From the NCBI GenBank assembly GCA_964485575.1, contig CAZAJO010000006.1, positions 8,990-72,989 of the forward strand: 64,000 nt of DNA, in the 5' to 3' direction. This stretch comes from an uncultured Gammaproteobacteria bacterium (GTDB lineage: Bacteria > Patescibacteriota > Microgenomatia > Levybacterales > GWA1-39-11). The notes beneath the pieces are model-generated. The model was not told the origin of the DNA. It saw only the letters and a program-made list of their open reading frames with translations, and did not search any database. Within the stretch, counting starts at the first letter, position 1. Every line of letters starts with the position of its first letter. Below are positions 9,517 to 19,577 of this stretch, piece by piece. Both the position numbers and the translations under genes were made by a program.

Positions 9517-10545
9517 TTAAGGAACCAGAAGTCTCACTCCGGGTATTTTTTTAAGAAGCATTACAAAAAAGAAAGACGCAACAAATAGTACGGTTGCATA
9601 AAAGTACCCGTGAAGTAAGGGAATGCCTTTCAAAACTTCTGACAGTTCAGGTGTGGCAGAATTTAATATCTCAGCTATCAGTCCATGGACTATGTATATC
9701 CCCATACTAGCATTTCCGACACGGGCAATAAATTCTCTTGGTCCTTTCCTTGTTTTTAATTTCAAAAAATAGAAATAAATAAGTAAAAAAACTCCTACCG
9801 AGGTTACTACTATGCTTGGAGCGAAGTAGTCAAAAATATTTTGCCCTTTTGACAAACCCAGCTCTACAAAGGTGAGCGCAATGCCTATTAGTACGAGTCC
9901 AAAGGAGCGTCTTATCAAATTTCTGGGAAGTGACATGTTGGTCAAGAAATATCCCAACATGAAGTATCCAGAATAATATAGAGAGACTGGAACTAGTCCG
10001 GATTCTGAAGCGCTTGGAAAAGTAGTTCCGGTATGAACATATGGAATAACGCTCACAAAGATAAACCAAATAATCATCAGATATACTCTCTGCGTCGTAG
10101 TCATTTGGGGAACAAAAAGTCTTAATATGGGGGTCAGAATATATAACGAAAATATGAGTGGCAAAAACCAAAGTTGGGAGAAAAATGTGAGTTCAAAAAA
10201 GTATTTCCATTGTGGGACATTGGCCGGGTGATATGAGTGCACGTTATAGTTCCATGCCATATATATACAAGTCCACAAAATCCAAGGAACGAGAACTTTA
10301 ACAGCTCTTTTTGAAAAGAAATTCGATATGGATTCTTGTTTTCCAAGTAACAGTGCACCGCTTAGCATGATAAAAAGTGGGACACTCACTTTCACCAAAG
10401 TAAAAGAGACAAGATAGAAAAAAGAGCTACGTATATCAAGTAAATTTGCAGGAAGTGTTGAGGTGTGCACCAACACCACAAGAAAGATAGCAATTACCCG
10501 CATTACATCAACCCACAGCAGTCTTTTGTTTTTCCCCTTTACCAT
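9517..10545 (-). CDS. acyltransferase family 3 (OafA-like) membrane protein
   Basis: Start MVKGKNKRLLWVDVMRVIAIFLVVLVH is the canonical acyltransferase_3 N-terminus, followed by about 10 TM. The tracker ORF extends to 10758, but the upstream in-frame ATGs lack context; an AAGGCGG lies 4 nt upstream of 10545. Confidence 0.7.
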   Translation of the reverse strand: MVKGKNKRLLWVDVMRVIAIFLVVLVHTSTLPANLLDIRSSFFYLVSFTLVKVSVPLFIMLSGALLLGKQESISNFFSKRAVKVLVPWILWTCIYMAWNYNVHSYHPANVPQWKYFFELTFFSQLWFLPLIFSLYILTPILRLFVPQMTTTQRVYLMIIWFIFVSVIPYVHTGTTFPSASESGLVPVSLYYSGYFMLGYFLTNMSLPRNLIRRSFGLVLIGIALTFVELGLSKGQNIFDYFAPSIVVTSVGVFLLIYFYFLKLKTRKGPREFIARVGNASMGIYIVHGLIAEILNSATPELSEVLKGIPLLHGYFYATVLFVASFFFVMLLKKIPGVRLLVP

Positions 10546-10615
10546 AATTCCGCCTTGAGTATACCACCAACTTACGATAATTTGACTCATTTCAGCTAGT
10601 CTGCTAGTATGGGGT

Positions 10616-11065
10616 ATGAAAAATTTTAGGCAGATTTTTCTTATTGTTGCCATCTTATCTTTTTCATCTTCTATTCCAAGCTTTGCATCTACGGCTACGG
10701 TAAATGTGCAATCCACAACAAACACATCAAGTAATTCAACAACGACAACAACAGGCAATACACATATCAGAATTGAAACAAATGGAGTCGTTAAGGAATG
10801 TGACTCGAAAGATGGGGATTGTACCTACATGGAGTCGGATGATGGATCTTCCAAAGTAAATATAAATAATGGTTCTATAGCAAAGCCTACAAGCGTCTCT
10901 GAAGTCAAAGAAACAGTGACCCCTACTCCTCTTGCATCAAATTCTGCAAAAACAATAATTTCTCAAGAGAAAAAAATTATTCAAGAGCAGGAGGAACATT
11001 CAATTATTCAAGAGATAAAAGATTTCATTAAGGGCATACTTGAATCCCTCAACCTAAAATTTTAG
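10616..11065 (+). CDS. secreted hypothetical protein (signal peptide, Thr/Ser-rich)
   Basis: N-terminal signal peptide IFLIVAILSFSSSIPSFASTA. Confidence 0.5.
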   Translation: MKNFRQIFLIVAILSFSSSIPSFASTATVNVQSTTNTSSNSTTTTTGNTHIRIETNGVVKECDSKDGDCTYMESDDGSSKVNINNGSIAKPTSVSEVKETVTPTPLASNSAKTIISQEKKIIQEQEEHSIIQEIKDFIKGILESLNLKF

Positions 11066-11091
11066 TACCCACTTTCTCAATTGCTTCACTA

Positions 11092-11982
11092 TTGCTATAC
11101 ACGCTCATTTATCCTATAATGCACTCCATGTTTGAACGTCAGGGAGATTTGTTATCTAAAAATTTGTCCAGAAGAAAATTATTGTGGCTTGCCCCAGGTA
11201 TAGGAGCTGGTGCGTTAGTGGGTTGTGGCGAGGGTAAAAAAGAAATGCTGGTAGGTGTGGATCCCGATCTTGAAGCAGATGAAAATGATAAAGCTATTGC
11301 AAAAGCTGTTTCTTCTTTGAACAAAAAAGGGGTTGTAAGAAATGAAAATGAAGCAAGAATATGGGGAAATGCATCCCCCTCCGGACCATTATTTCTGGAA
11401 AAAGCGGGAGTGCCTATTCAAGAATCTCTCACACGATTTCTCTCCAAGATGGCCACTTCTCAAAATCCTTATTTTAAGAATTCTTCTGCACACGCCCTAG
11501 ACATGATCCAGGCAGGAAAGTTGAAAGTGAACGGTGCAACCATAAGTCCAAGTGGCGCTTATATGAATACAAATACTGTTTATGAACACAGCAGAAACGT
11601 GCCAGTTCACAACCTAACCCTTTTTAGTGATCCACTGTCCTCGATGTCAGAAGCGTATATTGCCATAACTTTTGTTCATGAAATGTTCCACGTAAGAACA
11701 GCACAGCAAAGTTACACTGAGAGTGTTCAAGCTGGTATGCCTATAGATGCTGCTGTTGCAAAAATTGATGCAAAACTTGGAGAGTTTGAGGGATGCAATG
11801 GAGAAGAGGCGCAAGCTTTTGCTGAAGAATGCGAAGCATATTTATATGAGCGTGCTCTAGTTCCGGAGTTAAGGACGCTCGAACACGAAACTTTAGCAGG
11901 AGTTTATCTTAGGGACGGTGCTAATGCTTCAAATAAAGCTTGGAAAGAATATCTTGCGCCCTACAGTGGTTGTCGCGGTTAA
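11092..11982 (+). CDS. putative Tat-exported lipoprotein with HExxH zinc-peptidase-like motif
   Basis: SRRKLLWLAPGIGAGALVGC is a twin-arginine motif followed by a lipobox Cys. FVHEMFHV contains HExxH. The true start is possibly the internal ATG at 11128. Confidence 0.5.
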   Translation: MLYTLIYPIMHSMFERQGDLLSKNLSRRKLLWLAPGIGAGALVGCGEGKKEMLVGVDPDLEADENDKAIAKAVSSLNKKGVVRNENEARIWGNASPSGPLFLEKAGVPIQESLTRFLSKMATSQNPYFKNSSAHALDMIQAGKLKVNGATISPSGAYMNTNTVYEHSRNVPVHNLTLFSDPLSSMSEAYIAITFVHEMFHVRTAQQSYTESVQAGMPIDAAVAKIDAKLGEFEGCNGEEAQAFAEECEAYLYERALVPELRTLEHETLAGVYLRDGANASNKAWKEYLAPYSGCRG

Positions 11983-11983
11983 A

Positions 11984-13219
11984 TCACTTTTTCTTTTGGA
12001 CAATATAGATTTGTCCACTTTTGTCATCCGATATAAATAGATTTCCTCTCTTATCAAACGCAAGGCCAACAGGGCGGCCTAGACTCGTATCTTTAAATAT
12101 TCCAGGGTTAAATCCAGTCATAAAATCTTCAGATCCGGTGATAGTGTTTCCTCTCACGGTAAGATGAACCACTTTATAACCGATTGCAATCGTTCTATTC
12201 CATGACCCGTGTAAAGCAACCAAAAGATCTCCTTGCCACTCTTCTGGAAACTGCGTGGAATTTATGAATGCAAGTCCAAGAGGGGCTGAATGCGCCGGTA
12301 TTTCATAGATAGGTGAAATAGTATTTGCGCAAGGATTTACTTTTCCTTTATCGAAATTTGTGTCGTGGATTCTTATGCCATAGCACTTTGGCCAACCATA
12401 ATCATTCATCGCTCTTACAATATTTATCTCATCAGGGGGAGTATCGTCTCCCAGGTTGTCACGACCCATCTCTGTTGCCCATAGCTCTTTAGAAACAGGA
12501 TTTAGAGCTAAAAATGCTGCATTTCGAAGACCTGTTGCAAAAACTGTCGGAGTTTTGCCATTAAAATCTGATTTAAGGACGGAACCCCCTTTTGTTGGTG
12601 GCTCATTACAAACATTGCACGTGGATCCAAGAGAAACAAACATGTTGCCCTCTTCGTCAAAAACAATGCTCCTATTGTTGTGATTGCCGTTTTGGGGAAG
12701 TGAAAACAAAACGGGTCCTCTGGTAGCAGTCGTTCGTGCCTCATCCCATCCATACTTCACGACACTATCCACATTTGCCACAAAAAGTTCCCCATTGTGC
12801 ATAGCAAGTCCATGGACATGATTTTCTGATGTTATTACCGTCTTATTTTCATCGGCTATTCCGTCCCGATTCTTGTCTGGAAGTGCAACAACTGAATTTT
12901 GGGTTGGATTTGAAACAAGAAGAGTCCCCTCGGGGGTAAAAAGGAGGGATCTTGGATTGCCTAAATCTCTTGCAAAGACATGGACTATGTATCCATTTGG
13001 CAAAGAAAAAGGAATAAGTGGAGTTTCCCCTTGAGAGATGGGGTTATCTTCCACCATGACGTTTTTTGACTGTAACGACTTATCCGTACTACCCTCAAAG
13101 ATATTTCTTACAAAATCATAAGAGGCAAACAGAAGGAGTATTGCGACAATTCCTAAAACTACTATTTTCCAAATTTTTTTAAATTTAATCATGAAGTACG
13201 GGAGGCAGCTTTTCATCAA
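11984..13219 (-). CDS. PQQ-dependent sugar dehydrogenase-like beta-propeller (glucose/sorbosone dehydrogenase family), membrane anchored
   Basis: N-terminal TM, then repeated propeller blades (LLVSNPTQNSVVALPD, LFVANVDSVVKYG, GNLFISDDKSGQIYIV), consistent with the soluble quinoprotein dehydrogenase family. Confidence 0.6.
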   Translation of the reverse strand: MMKSCLPYFMIKFKKIWKIVVLGIVAILLLFASYDFVRNIFEGSTDKSLQSKNVMVEDNPISQGETPLIPFSLPNGYIVHVFARDLGNPRSLLFTPEGTLLVSNPTQNSVVALPDKNRDGIADENKTVITSENHVHGLAMHNGELFVANVDSVVKYGWDEARTTATRGPVLFSLPQNGNHNNRSIVFDEEGNMFVSLGSTCNVCNEPPTKGGSVLKSDFNGKTPTVFATGLRNAAFLALNPVSKELWATEMGRDNLGDDTPPDEINIVRAMNDYGWPKCYGIRIHDTNFDKGKVNPCANTISPIYEIPAHSAPLGLAFINSTQFPEEWQGDLLVALHGSWNRTIAIGYKVVHLTVRGNTITGSEDFMTGFNPGIFKDTSLGRPVGLAFDKRGNLFISDDKSGQIYIVQKKK

Positions 13220-13568
13220 TCGGATAAAACCGGATTGATAATGAATTTACGCAGTGCCTTGTATTTTTTTGGGTCAACTCCTCTCCTTCAAAAACATGAC
13301 CTAGATGAGCATCGCAGTTGGCACATCTTATTTCAGTCCTATGACCATCTTCGTCTGTGATTCTCTTGACTGCGTCAGGGTAATTTTCATCGAATGCTGG
13401 CCATCCGCAACCGGCGTCAAATTTAGTCTTGGATGAAAAAAGAGGTGAGTTGCATCTCCTGCAGACAAAAACTCCATCCTTAAAAAAATCGTCATACTCA
13501 CCGGAAAATGGACGCTCGGTACCTTTATGTACGATGACATCCTCTTCCTCCTGTGTTAACGTGTTCAT
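13185..13568 (-). CDS. msrB: peptide-methionine (R)-S-oxide reductase
   Basis: CRRCNSPLF..GCGWPAF...RTEIRCANCDAHLGHVF, the SelR/MsrB signature with both Zn-binding CxxC pairs and the catalytic Cys. Confidence 0.9.
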   Translation of the reverse strand: MNTLTQEEEDVIVHKGTERPFSGEYDDFFKDGVFVCRRCNSPLFSSKTKFDAGCGWPAFDENYPDAVKRITDEDGHRTEIRCANCDAHLGHVFEGEELTQKNTRHCVNSLSIRFYPIDEKLPPVLHD

Positions 13569-13580
13569 TAATCCATCTTA

Positions 13581-13895
13581 CTATTCCTTTGTTTTGATTT
13601 CCAGTTTGATCAAACTATCTACATGGATATTTTTACTCTTAATTGTCCCCGAAGGTAGCTCCAAAACGTGACTTAATATTGGATTCCATATAAAAATTCT
13701 GTAAGGCTTTAAATTTTCCTTCATTTTTCTTACTTTTCCCTTGTCATCTAAAATCAATACATCGATTGGGAATTTCATAAAAAAAGTGTGAATTCCCCAT
13801 CTAGTCTTAAAATAAACCGCCTGTGGTTCTTTTGCACCTAAAAGCCCTACGCATGCTTCTAAAAATCCAGAAAGTTTTCTTACTTTAATTTCCAT
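13581..13895 (-). CDS. DUF192 domain protein
   Basis: 104 aa with GLLGAKEP..GIHTFFMKFPIDVLILDDKGKV pattern. Confidence 0.6.
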   Translation of the reverse strand: MEIKVRKLSGFLEACVGLLGAKEPQAVYFKTRWGIHTFFMKFPIDVLILDDKGKVRKMKENLKPYRIFIWNPILSHVLELPSGTIKSKNIHVDSLIKLEIKTKE

Positions 13896-13951
13896 ATCTT
13901 TATATTACCAACTTCTAGCTTATAGCTGTTAGCTAATATATAATATAGGAT

Positions 13952-14914
13952 ATGGCACTTATAGATGACGTTCACATAACAGTGAAAGCCGGCGATGGTG
14001 GAAATGGCGGAACTGCTAAAAAACAAATGTTTGGAAGCAAAAAAACTGCTCCTGATGGAGGCAATGGGGGAACCGGTGGAAATGTATATTTTAAAGGGGA
14101 CTCCAATATTTCAGACCTTTCCCAATTCCAGTTCATGAAGATGATCAGAGCTGAAAATGGGGTTAATGGTTTGAATAAGGATCTTGATGGGGCTAAGGGT
14201 GAGGATGTTACCGTCCTTGTTCCTTTTGGAACTACGGTACGGGATGAGGATACCGGTGAGTGGGTTGAGATACTTACAGACCTTCCCTTTGCTGTTGCTC
14301 ACGGTGGAACAGGCGGAATGGGAAATCATGACTACAAGCCGGAACTTAAGAAATTTGAGAGCCGCAAATTTGAAGGGGAAAAGGGAGAGGAACGGAAGCT
14401 TCATCTGGTTCTAAATATGATTGCCGACATAGGTCTTGTAGGACTTCCAAACGCTGGAAAAAGCTCCCTTCTCAAAGCCCTTACCAACGCTGTACCAAAA
14501 ATAGGGAATTATCCTTTCACAACACTTGAACCAAATCTTGGTGCGCTTGGCAACATCATTCTTGCCGATATTCCGGGGCTCATTGAGGGTGCATCAAAGG
14601 GCCGTGGGCTTGGGATACAATTCTTAAAACATATTAAAAAGACTAAAGTCCTTCTTCATTGCATAGACGCTAGTGAAGAGGACGTGTCTAGTATTTATAA
14701 AACTGTCCGTGAAGAGTTTGGAGAGTTTGACAGCAGTCTTCTTGAGAAAGATGAGGTTGTGCTTTTGACTAAAGTTGATCTGGTTGATAAAAGTACGGTA
14801 GATACAAAACTTAAGGAGTTAAAAAAGCTTAACAAGAAGGTTTTTGCAATATCAATATATGACGAAAATAGCCTCGAAAATTTAAAAAAAATCATTACTC
14901 AAGTTCAAAAATAA
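13952..14914 (+). CDS. obg: GTPase Obg (short form lacking C-terminal extension)
   Basis: Gly-rich Obg fold (GDGGNGGTAKK..DGGNGGTGGNVYF) followed by G domain GLVGLPNAGKSSLL, DIPGLIEGAS, TKVD. Confidence 0.9.
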   Translation: MALIDDVHITVKAGDGGNGGTAKKQMFGSKKTAPDGGNGGTGGNVYFKGDSNISDLSQFQFMKMIRAENGVNGLNKDLDGAKGEDVTVLVPFGTTVRDEDTGEWVEILTDLPFAVAHGGTGGMGNHDYKPELKKFESRKFEGEKGEERKLHLVLNMIADIGLVGLPNAGKSSLLKALTNAVPKIGNYPFTTLEPNLGALGNIILADIPGLIEGASKGRGLGIQFLKHIKKTKVLLHCIDASEEDVSSIYKTVREEFGEFDSSLLEKDEVVLLTKVDLVDKSTVDTKLKELKKLNKKVFAISIYDENSLENLKKIITQVQK

Positions 14915-14937
14915 AACATTTCGTGGTACAATAGAGT

Positions 14938-15360
14938 GTGGCAAATAAAAACGACTTAAGTCTTATAATCCTTACCTACAAAAATAAAGTATTGTTAAGG
15001 CTTCACAACACAGATCCTCTTGCGCTTAGCATACAATCAAATTCCAAAAAGAATGTCTGGAGTTTTTTAAGTGTTTCCCGGGAAAAAAATAAAACTTTAA
15101 AAACTTCCATCATCGCAAAATTGGAAAGAGAAACGGGGATAAAACTTGACGGAGCTACTCTTCTCTTGGATTCGGTAACGGATGTTAATAATAAGCATTT
15201 TTTTCACGCTTCATTAAACGACGACAATGTGAACAGTATGCATAGGGAAGATGGTGAGACTCTTCAATTTTTTGCTCTTAAAGAACTAACACAACTCAAT
15301 TTAACCGTTTCGACTAAATCCTTTATCGAAAACAACAGCTCCATGATACAAGGTCTGTAG
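14938..15360 (+). CDS. hypothetical protein (weak NUDIX-like); GTG start
   Basis: 140 aa. ..SREKNKTLKTSIIAKLERETGI loosely resembles a degenerate Nudix box. Confidence 0.35.
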   Translation: MANKNDLSLIILTYKNKVLLRLHNTDPLALSIQSNSKKNVWSFLSVSREKNKTLKTSIIAKLERETGIKLDGATLLLDSVTDVNNKHFFHASLNDDNVNSMHREDGETLQFFALKELTQLNLTVSTKSFIENNSSMIQGL

Positions 15361-15415
15361 TCGCCCAACTTTTTTATTCAGTGAAATTTAAGTATTACGA
15401 GGTTATAATGCCACT

Positions 15416-16087
15416 ATGCGTATACTTCTCATCGAAGATGAACATAAGATAGCAAATTCCATTAAAAAGGGTTTAGAGCAGGAGTCTTATGCTGTCGATG
15501 TAGCTTATGATGGTACAAAAGGTTACGATTATGCCTCAACTGAAGAATATGATGCGATAGTTCTTGACCGTCTTTTACCGGGAATTGACGGGCTTACGAT
15601 CTGTAAAAAGCTACGCGCTTCATCAATACACACTCCTATTCTTATGCTAACCGCCCGTGGGGAGATATCTGAGCGTGTCGAAGGCCTTAATAGTGGCGCT
15701 GATGATTATCTTTCTAAGCCTTTTGCATTTATTGAATTACTAGCGCGGATAAGAGCTCTTATTAGAAGACCAAAATCTTCATTGGGTTCACACTTACAGG
15801 TTGCCGACCTGATCCTCAATCCCGTCACTTATAGAGTTGAAAGAGATGGTATTGTGATCTCTCTTTCAAATAAGGAATTTTCCCTTTTAGAATACCTGAT
15901 GCGTCATAAAGGAACTATCATCAAAAAAGACCAGATAATAAATCATGTTTGGAGCTATGATGCGGATGTTCTCCCTAATTCTGTTGAGGTTTATATAACT
16001 CATCTGAGAAATAAGATAGACAAACCCTTTCCAAATTCAAAAAATCTCATCTCAACCATCCGAGGTTTTGGGTATAAAATCGAATAG
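15416..16087 (+). CDS. two-component response regulator, OmpR/PhoB family
   Basis: REC domain (MRILLIEDE..DAIVLDRLLPGIDGL..LMLTARG) plus winged-helix (VEVYITHLRNKID..IRGFGYKI). Confidence 0.9.
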   Translation: MRILLIEDEHKIANSIKKGLEQESYAVDVAYDGTKGYDYASTEEYDAIVLDRLLPGIDGLTICKKLRASSIHTPILMLTARGEISERVEGLNSGADDYLSKPFAFIELLARIRALIRRPKSSLGSHLQVADLILNPVTYRVERDGIVISLSNKEFSLLEYLMRHKGTIIKKDQIINHVWSYDADVLPNSVEVYITHLRNKIDKPFPNSKNLISTIRGFGYKIE

Positions 16088-16089
16088 CT

Positions 16090-17097
16090 ATGTTCCACTC
16101 AACTCGCCTCAAATTAACCGCCTGGTACCTCATTATCATAGTTTTTATTAGCATGGTTTTTAGCGTCGTTATCTATATAGATGTCAATCGTGAGTTGGAA
16201 AGATTCGAAAATTTCCAAAAAATCCGTCAGGAAAGGATGAAGGAAGACTTTGGAGAATTAAAACTTCCCCCGATGAGTCTTGCTGTTGATATGCAACTAA
16301 TACGGGAAGCCAGAGCTCGGCTCATTGCAAGCCTTGCAATTCTTAATGCATGTATATTTGCAGGATCCGGGGTTGCAGGTTACTTCTTAGCGGGAAGAAC
16401 GTTAAAACCTATCAAGGACATGCTTGATGACCAGTCGCGTTTCGTTGGCGATGCTTCTCATGAACTAAAGACTCCTTTGACATCACTCCGTTCGGAAATA
16501 GAAGTTCATCTTAGATCCAAAAAAAGTACATTAAAGGAAGCGAATGAAATATTAAAAAGTAATCTCGAGGAAGTGATGCGTCTGCAAAGCCTTACAGACA
16601 GTCTCATGGAGTTGACGTCATTTGAAAGCGCTGGGTTGAGCTCAAGTTTTGAGAAAGTATTACTTTCAGATATCCTCATGGAAGCAATAAAGAATGTGGA
16701 GCCCATGGCCAAAGCAAAGAAGATAGAAATCGTAAATAGAGCTGTCAAGATGAAAATAATGGGGAATGAAAGAAGTCTTGTCAGACTGTTTACGATCCTT
16801 CTTGATAACGCAATCAAATATAGCACGAGAAGTAAGAGAGTGACCCTTACTTCCGGTATTTTGGATGAGGTGATGTATGTAAAAGTTACGGATCAAGGAA
16901 TAGGAATTGATAGCTCAGAGATTGATAAGGTGTTTAACAGATTTTATAGGATAGATAAATCCAGAAACTCTCTTTCAGTTCCAGGGTACGGGCTTGGTCT
17001 ATCTATCGCTCGAGAAATTACTCAAAGACATGGAGGAAATATATCAGTCAAAAGTAGCACTAAGGGGTCGGTTTTCACCATTGAATTTCCAGTTTGA
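16090..17097 (+). CDS. sensor histidine kinase
   Basis: Two TM, HAMP-like segment, H box DASHELKTPLTSL, N box LLDNAIKYS, G boxes DQGIGI and GYGLGLSIA. Confidence 0.9.
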   Translation: MFHSTRLKLTAWYLIIIVFISMVFSVVIYIDVNRELERFENFQKIRQERMKEDFGELKLPPMSLAVDMQLIREARARLIASLAILNACIFAGSGVAGYFLAGRTLKPIKDMLDDQSRFVGDASHELKTPLTSLRSEIEVHLRSKKSTLKEANEILKSNLEEVMRLQSLTDSLMELTSFESAGLSSSFEKVLLSDILMEAIKNVEPMAKAKKIEIVNRAVKMKIMGNERSLVRLFTILLDNAIKYSTRSKRVTLTSGILDEVMYVKVTDQGIGIDSSEIDKVFNRFYRIDKSRNSLSVPGYGLGLSIAREITQRHGGNISVKSSTKGSVFTIEFPV

Positions 17098-17116
17098 TCT
17101 ATGAGATGCTACTTGT

Positions 17117-17455
17117 ATGGAGCAGAAATTTTGTCCAATTTGTAAATTTGGCATCATTGACGGTTATATTTTTTGCCCACATTGCGGTGCAAAATTAAAA
17201 GACGTTCAATTCGAAATCTCGATAGGAAAGCAGATTGGCATTTACCTTCTGAGTTTTTTTCTACCCCCTCTTGGATTGTTCCCCGGTATCAAATTGCTTA
17301 AAAATCCTGACGACAAAGCAAAACATGTTGGACTTGTCGCGATTTTTTTGACTATACTTGCAACTATATTGACTATCTGGGCAACAATAGGATTTGTAAA
17401 TAGCGTCAACAGAACATTAAATCAACAAATAAACATTCAACAGTTAGGATATTGA
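17117..17455 (+). CDS. zinc-ribbon domain membrane protein
   Basis: CPICKFG..CPHCGAKL followed by two TM helices. Confidence 0.5.
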   Translation: MEQKFCPICKFGIIDGYIFCPHCGAKLKDVQFEISIGKQIGIYLLSFFLPPLGLFPGIKLLKNPDDKAKHVGLVAIFLTILATILTIWATIGFVNSVNRTLNQQINIQQLGY

Positions 17456-17474
17456 CGTGCTAAAATAGATATCT

Positions 17475-18629
17475 GTGCAGATATATTCTTCTTTGGAAAA
17501 ACAGAAAAAGCCCTTTGTCCCTCTTTCCGACAAGAAAGTTTCTTTGTATGTATGTGGGATAACTCCATATGATACAACACACCTTGGACACGCTTTTCTA
17601 TACATGTTTTTTGATGTGGTGAAGCGTTACTTTGAGTATCTGAAGTTTGCCGTGAATTACACACAAAATGTGACTGATATTGATGACGACCTTCTAAATC
17701 GTGCTAAAAAAGAGCATATTGACTGGAAAGAACTGGGTGAGAGGTGGACGAAGAAATACCTTAATGATCTTATTGCTCTAAACATTGCTACTCCCACAAA
17801 TTACATAAAAGCGACGGATTCAATAACTGAAATCATTGAAATCGTATCGCATTTACAAACACATGGATTTGCGTATGAAGTGGATGGTACTGTATATTTT
17901 GAAGTTGCAAAATATAAACCGTATGGAGAGCTTTCGGCTTACTCCTATGATGAGATGATTATTCTTTCAAAAGAAAGGGGTGCGGATCCTGACGATCCCA
18001 AGAAGAGAAACAAATTGGATTTTATTCTTTGGCAGAAAGCAGCCGTTGAAGAACCGTCGTGGGACAGTCCATGGAGTAAAGGTAGACCCGGTTGGCACAT
18101 TGAGTGCTCGGCGATGATCCATAAGACTTTGGGACTCCAGATAGATATTCATGGAGGGGGATTTGATCTGATTTACCCACATCACGAATCAGAAATCGCT
18201 CAAAGCGAGTCATTTACCGGAAAAAAGCCCTTTGTAGGATATTGGATGCATGCAGGGATGCTCAGGTACAAAAAAGAAAAAATGTCGAAATCATTGGGAA
18301 ATCTCATATTGATTAACGACCTCCTTTTTAAGAATTCACAAAATGCAATCCGGTGGATGCTATTATCTCACCACTACCGGTACGAGTGGGAATATTTTGA
18401 TCATATGATAGGAGATTCTCAAGGAGAGGTAGACAGTCTCTTGAAAATGATTGAATCTGATTTGAAGTTTGACGAAAACCTAAAATTACTTGAAGAATTT
18501 GAGGCACATATGAACGATGATTTTAATACGCCAGATGTGCTTTCTATGCTGAAAGAGGCATCCAAAGACCCAAAAAATTCATCAACAATCAAAGAAATCA
18601 TGAAAACGTTAGGATTTGTGGTACAGTAA
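17475..18629 (+). CDS. cysS: cysteine--tRNA ligase (short form); GTG start
   Basis: HIGH motif (HLGHAFLY), Zn-binding Cys (WHIECSAM), KMSKS motif (KMSKSLGN). 384 aa and lacks a long C-terminal anticodon-binding extension. Confidence 0.75.
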   Translation: MQIYSSLEKQKKPFVPLSDKKVSLYVCGITPYDTTHLGHAFLYMFFDVVKRYFEYLKFAVNYTQNVTDIDDDLLNRAKKEHIDWKELGERWTKKYLNDLIALNIATPTNYIKATDSITEIIEIVSHLQTHGFAYEVDGTVYFEVAKYKPYGELSAYSYDEMIILSKERGADPDDPKKRNKLDFILWQKAAVEEPSWDSPWSKGRPGWHIECSAMIHKTLGLQIDIHGGGFDLIYPHHESEIAQSESFTGKKPFVGYWMHAGMLRYKKEKMSKSLGNLILINDLLFKNSQNAIRWMLLSHHYRYEWEYFDHMIGDSQGEVDSLLKMIESDLKFDENLKLLEEFEAHMNDDFNTPDVLSMLKEASKDPKNSSTIKEIMKTLGFVVQ

Positions 18630-18633
18630 GAAT

Positions 18634-18846
18634 ATGGAGTTTCCTGCAGGTTCAAAAAGAATTTATCCAACTCTTACTATTCCTCGAAATACACTTCCTT
18701 CCCGGTTCTATGCTTTTCCTATTGTTGGAGGATTGGTAAAACTGATACTTCTAATACCTGCAATCATATTTCTTTCTGTTCTTAGTTTTGTTTGGCAAGT
18801 TACCGTATTTTTAAATGCTTTTGTCGTTCTTTTTACCGGGAGATAA
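18634..18846 (+). CDS. DUF4389-like N-terminal fragment (truncated paralog, possible pseudogene)
   Basis: ..RIYPTLTIPRNTLPSRFYAFPIVGGLVKLILLIPAIIFLSVL..FVVLFTGR then stop. DUF4389 proteins normally continue past the conserved FTGRYP. Confidence 0.35.
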   Translation: MEFPAGSKRIYPTLTIPRNTLPSRFYAFPIVGGLVKLILLIPAIIFLSVLSFVWQVTVFLNAFVVLFTGR

Positions 18847-19002
18847 TGGAGAACATCAGTTGAGCTGTGTGACTTTTACAACAAGTATACATAAAAAACA
18901 ACACTAAATATTTAGGGAGTAAAAAATAAATATCCGGGATTTAATTCAAACATCGAGGATAAATTTTCGATAACGATACCCTTCCCCACTACTCCAAATA
19001 GA

Positions 19003-19392
19003 ATGTACGCGTTTCCCCTCTTTGGGATATTCGTAAGATTCATCATCATGATTCCTTTCATGTTTTGGTATGGGGTCGTATATTATGGCTATTTTTTCTT
19101 ATCAGCCCTATCTTCTTTTTCAGTACTTTTTAAAGGCTACTTTCCTGAGAGTACGCATGAGATGATCGTGGATGGACTTAGACTTGGATTTTCACTAAAT
19201 CTATACTTTGCTGGGATTTCAGATACAGTACCTAGCTATAAAATTTCCATGAATCACAAAGCTATCAAAATTTTTGCTTTGATAATAGGACTTCTCTATC
19301 TTCTTTTTTCAAATGTGACTAGCTCAAACAGCGATAAATACAATAAGCCTTCCAATCAACAACCCACAAACGAAAGACCGTACTCCTCATAA
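19003..19392 (+). CDS. DUF4389 domain membrane protein
   Basis: FPLFGIFVRFIIMIPFMFWYGVVYYGYF..FSVLFKGYFPES..DGLRLGFSLNLYFAGISD matches the DUF4389 core. Confidence 0.5.
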   Translation: MYAFPLFGIFVRFIIMIPFMFWYGVVYYGYFFLSALSSFSVLFKGYFPESTHEMIVDGLRLGFSLNLYFAGISDTVPSYKISMNHKAIKIFALIIGLLYLLFSNVTSSNSDKYNKPSNQQPTNERPYSS

Positions 19393-19577
19393 CCTATAGT
19401 TTTTTGCTTACTGGAACATAATAGTGTATAATGAATAAAGTTTTGTAAGCATTACGGGTTTGAATTTGTCAAACCTGGAGGATAGACTTCAATAAAGATT
19501 TTTTTTCCTCATCTTGCCCAACATTTCAAAAATTTTAGGAACATGCTTTTTTAGGGAAAAGCACGTTTTACTTACAT

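Noticed and set aside
9517-10758. Longer N-terminal extension (to 10758) of the acyltransferase gene as given by the ORF tracker
   Set aside because: The extension MPVVVVVELLDVF.. is not family-like. The internal ATG at 10545 gives the canonical acyltransferase_3 N-terminus and leaves room for the divergent promoter.
12456-12753. Small ORFs on both strands inside the quinoprotein dehydrogenase-like gene
   Set aside because: Nested in a 411-aa gene with repeated propeller motifs.
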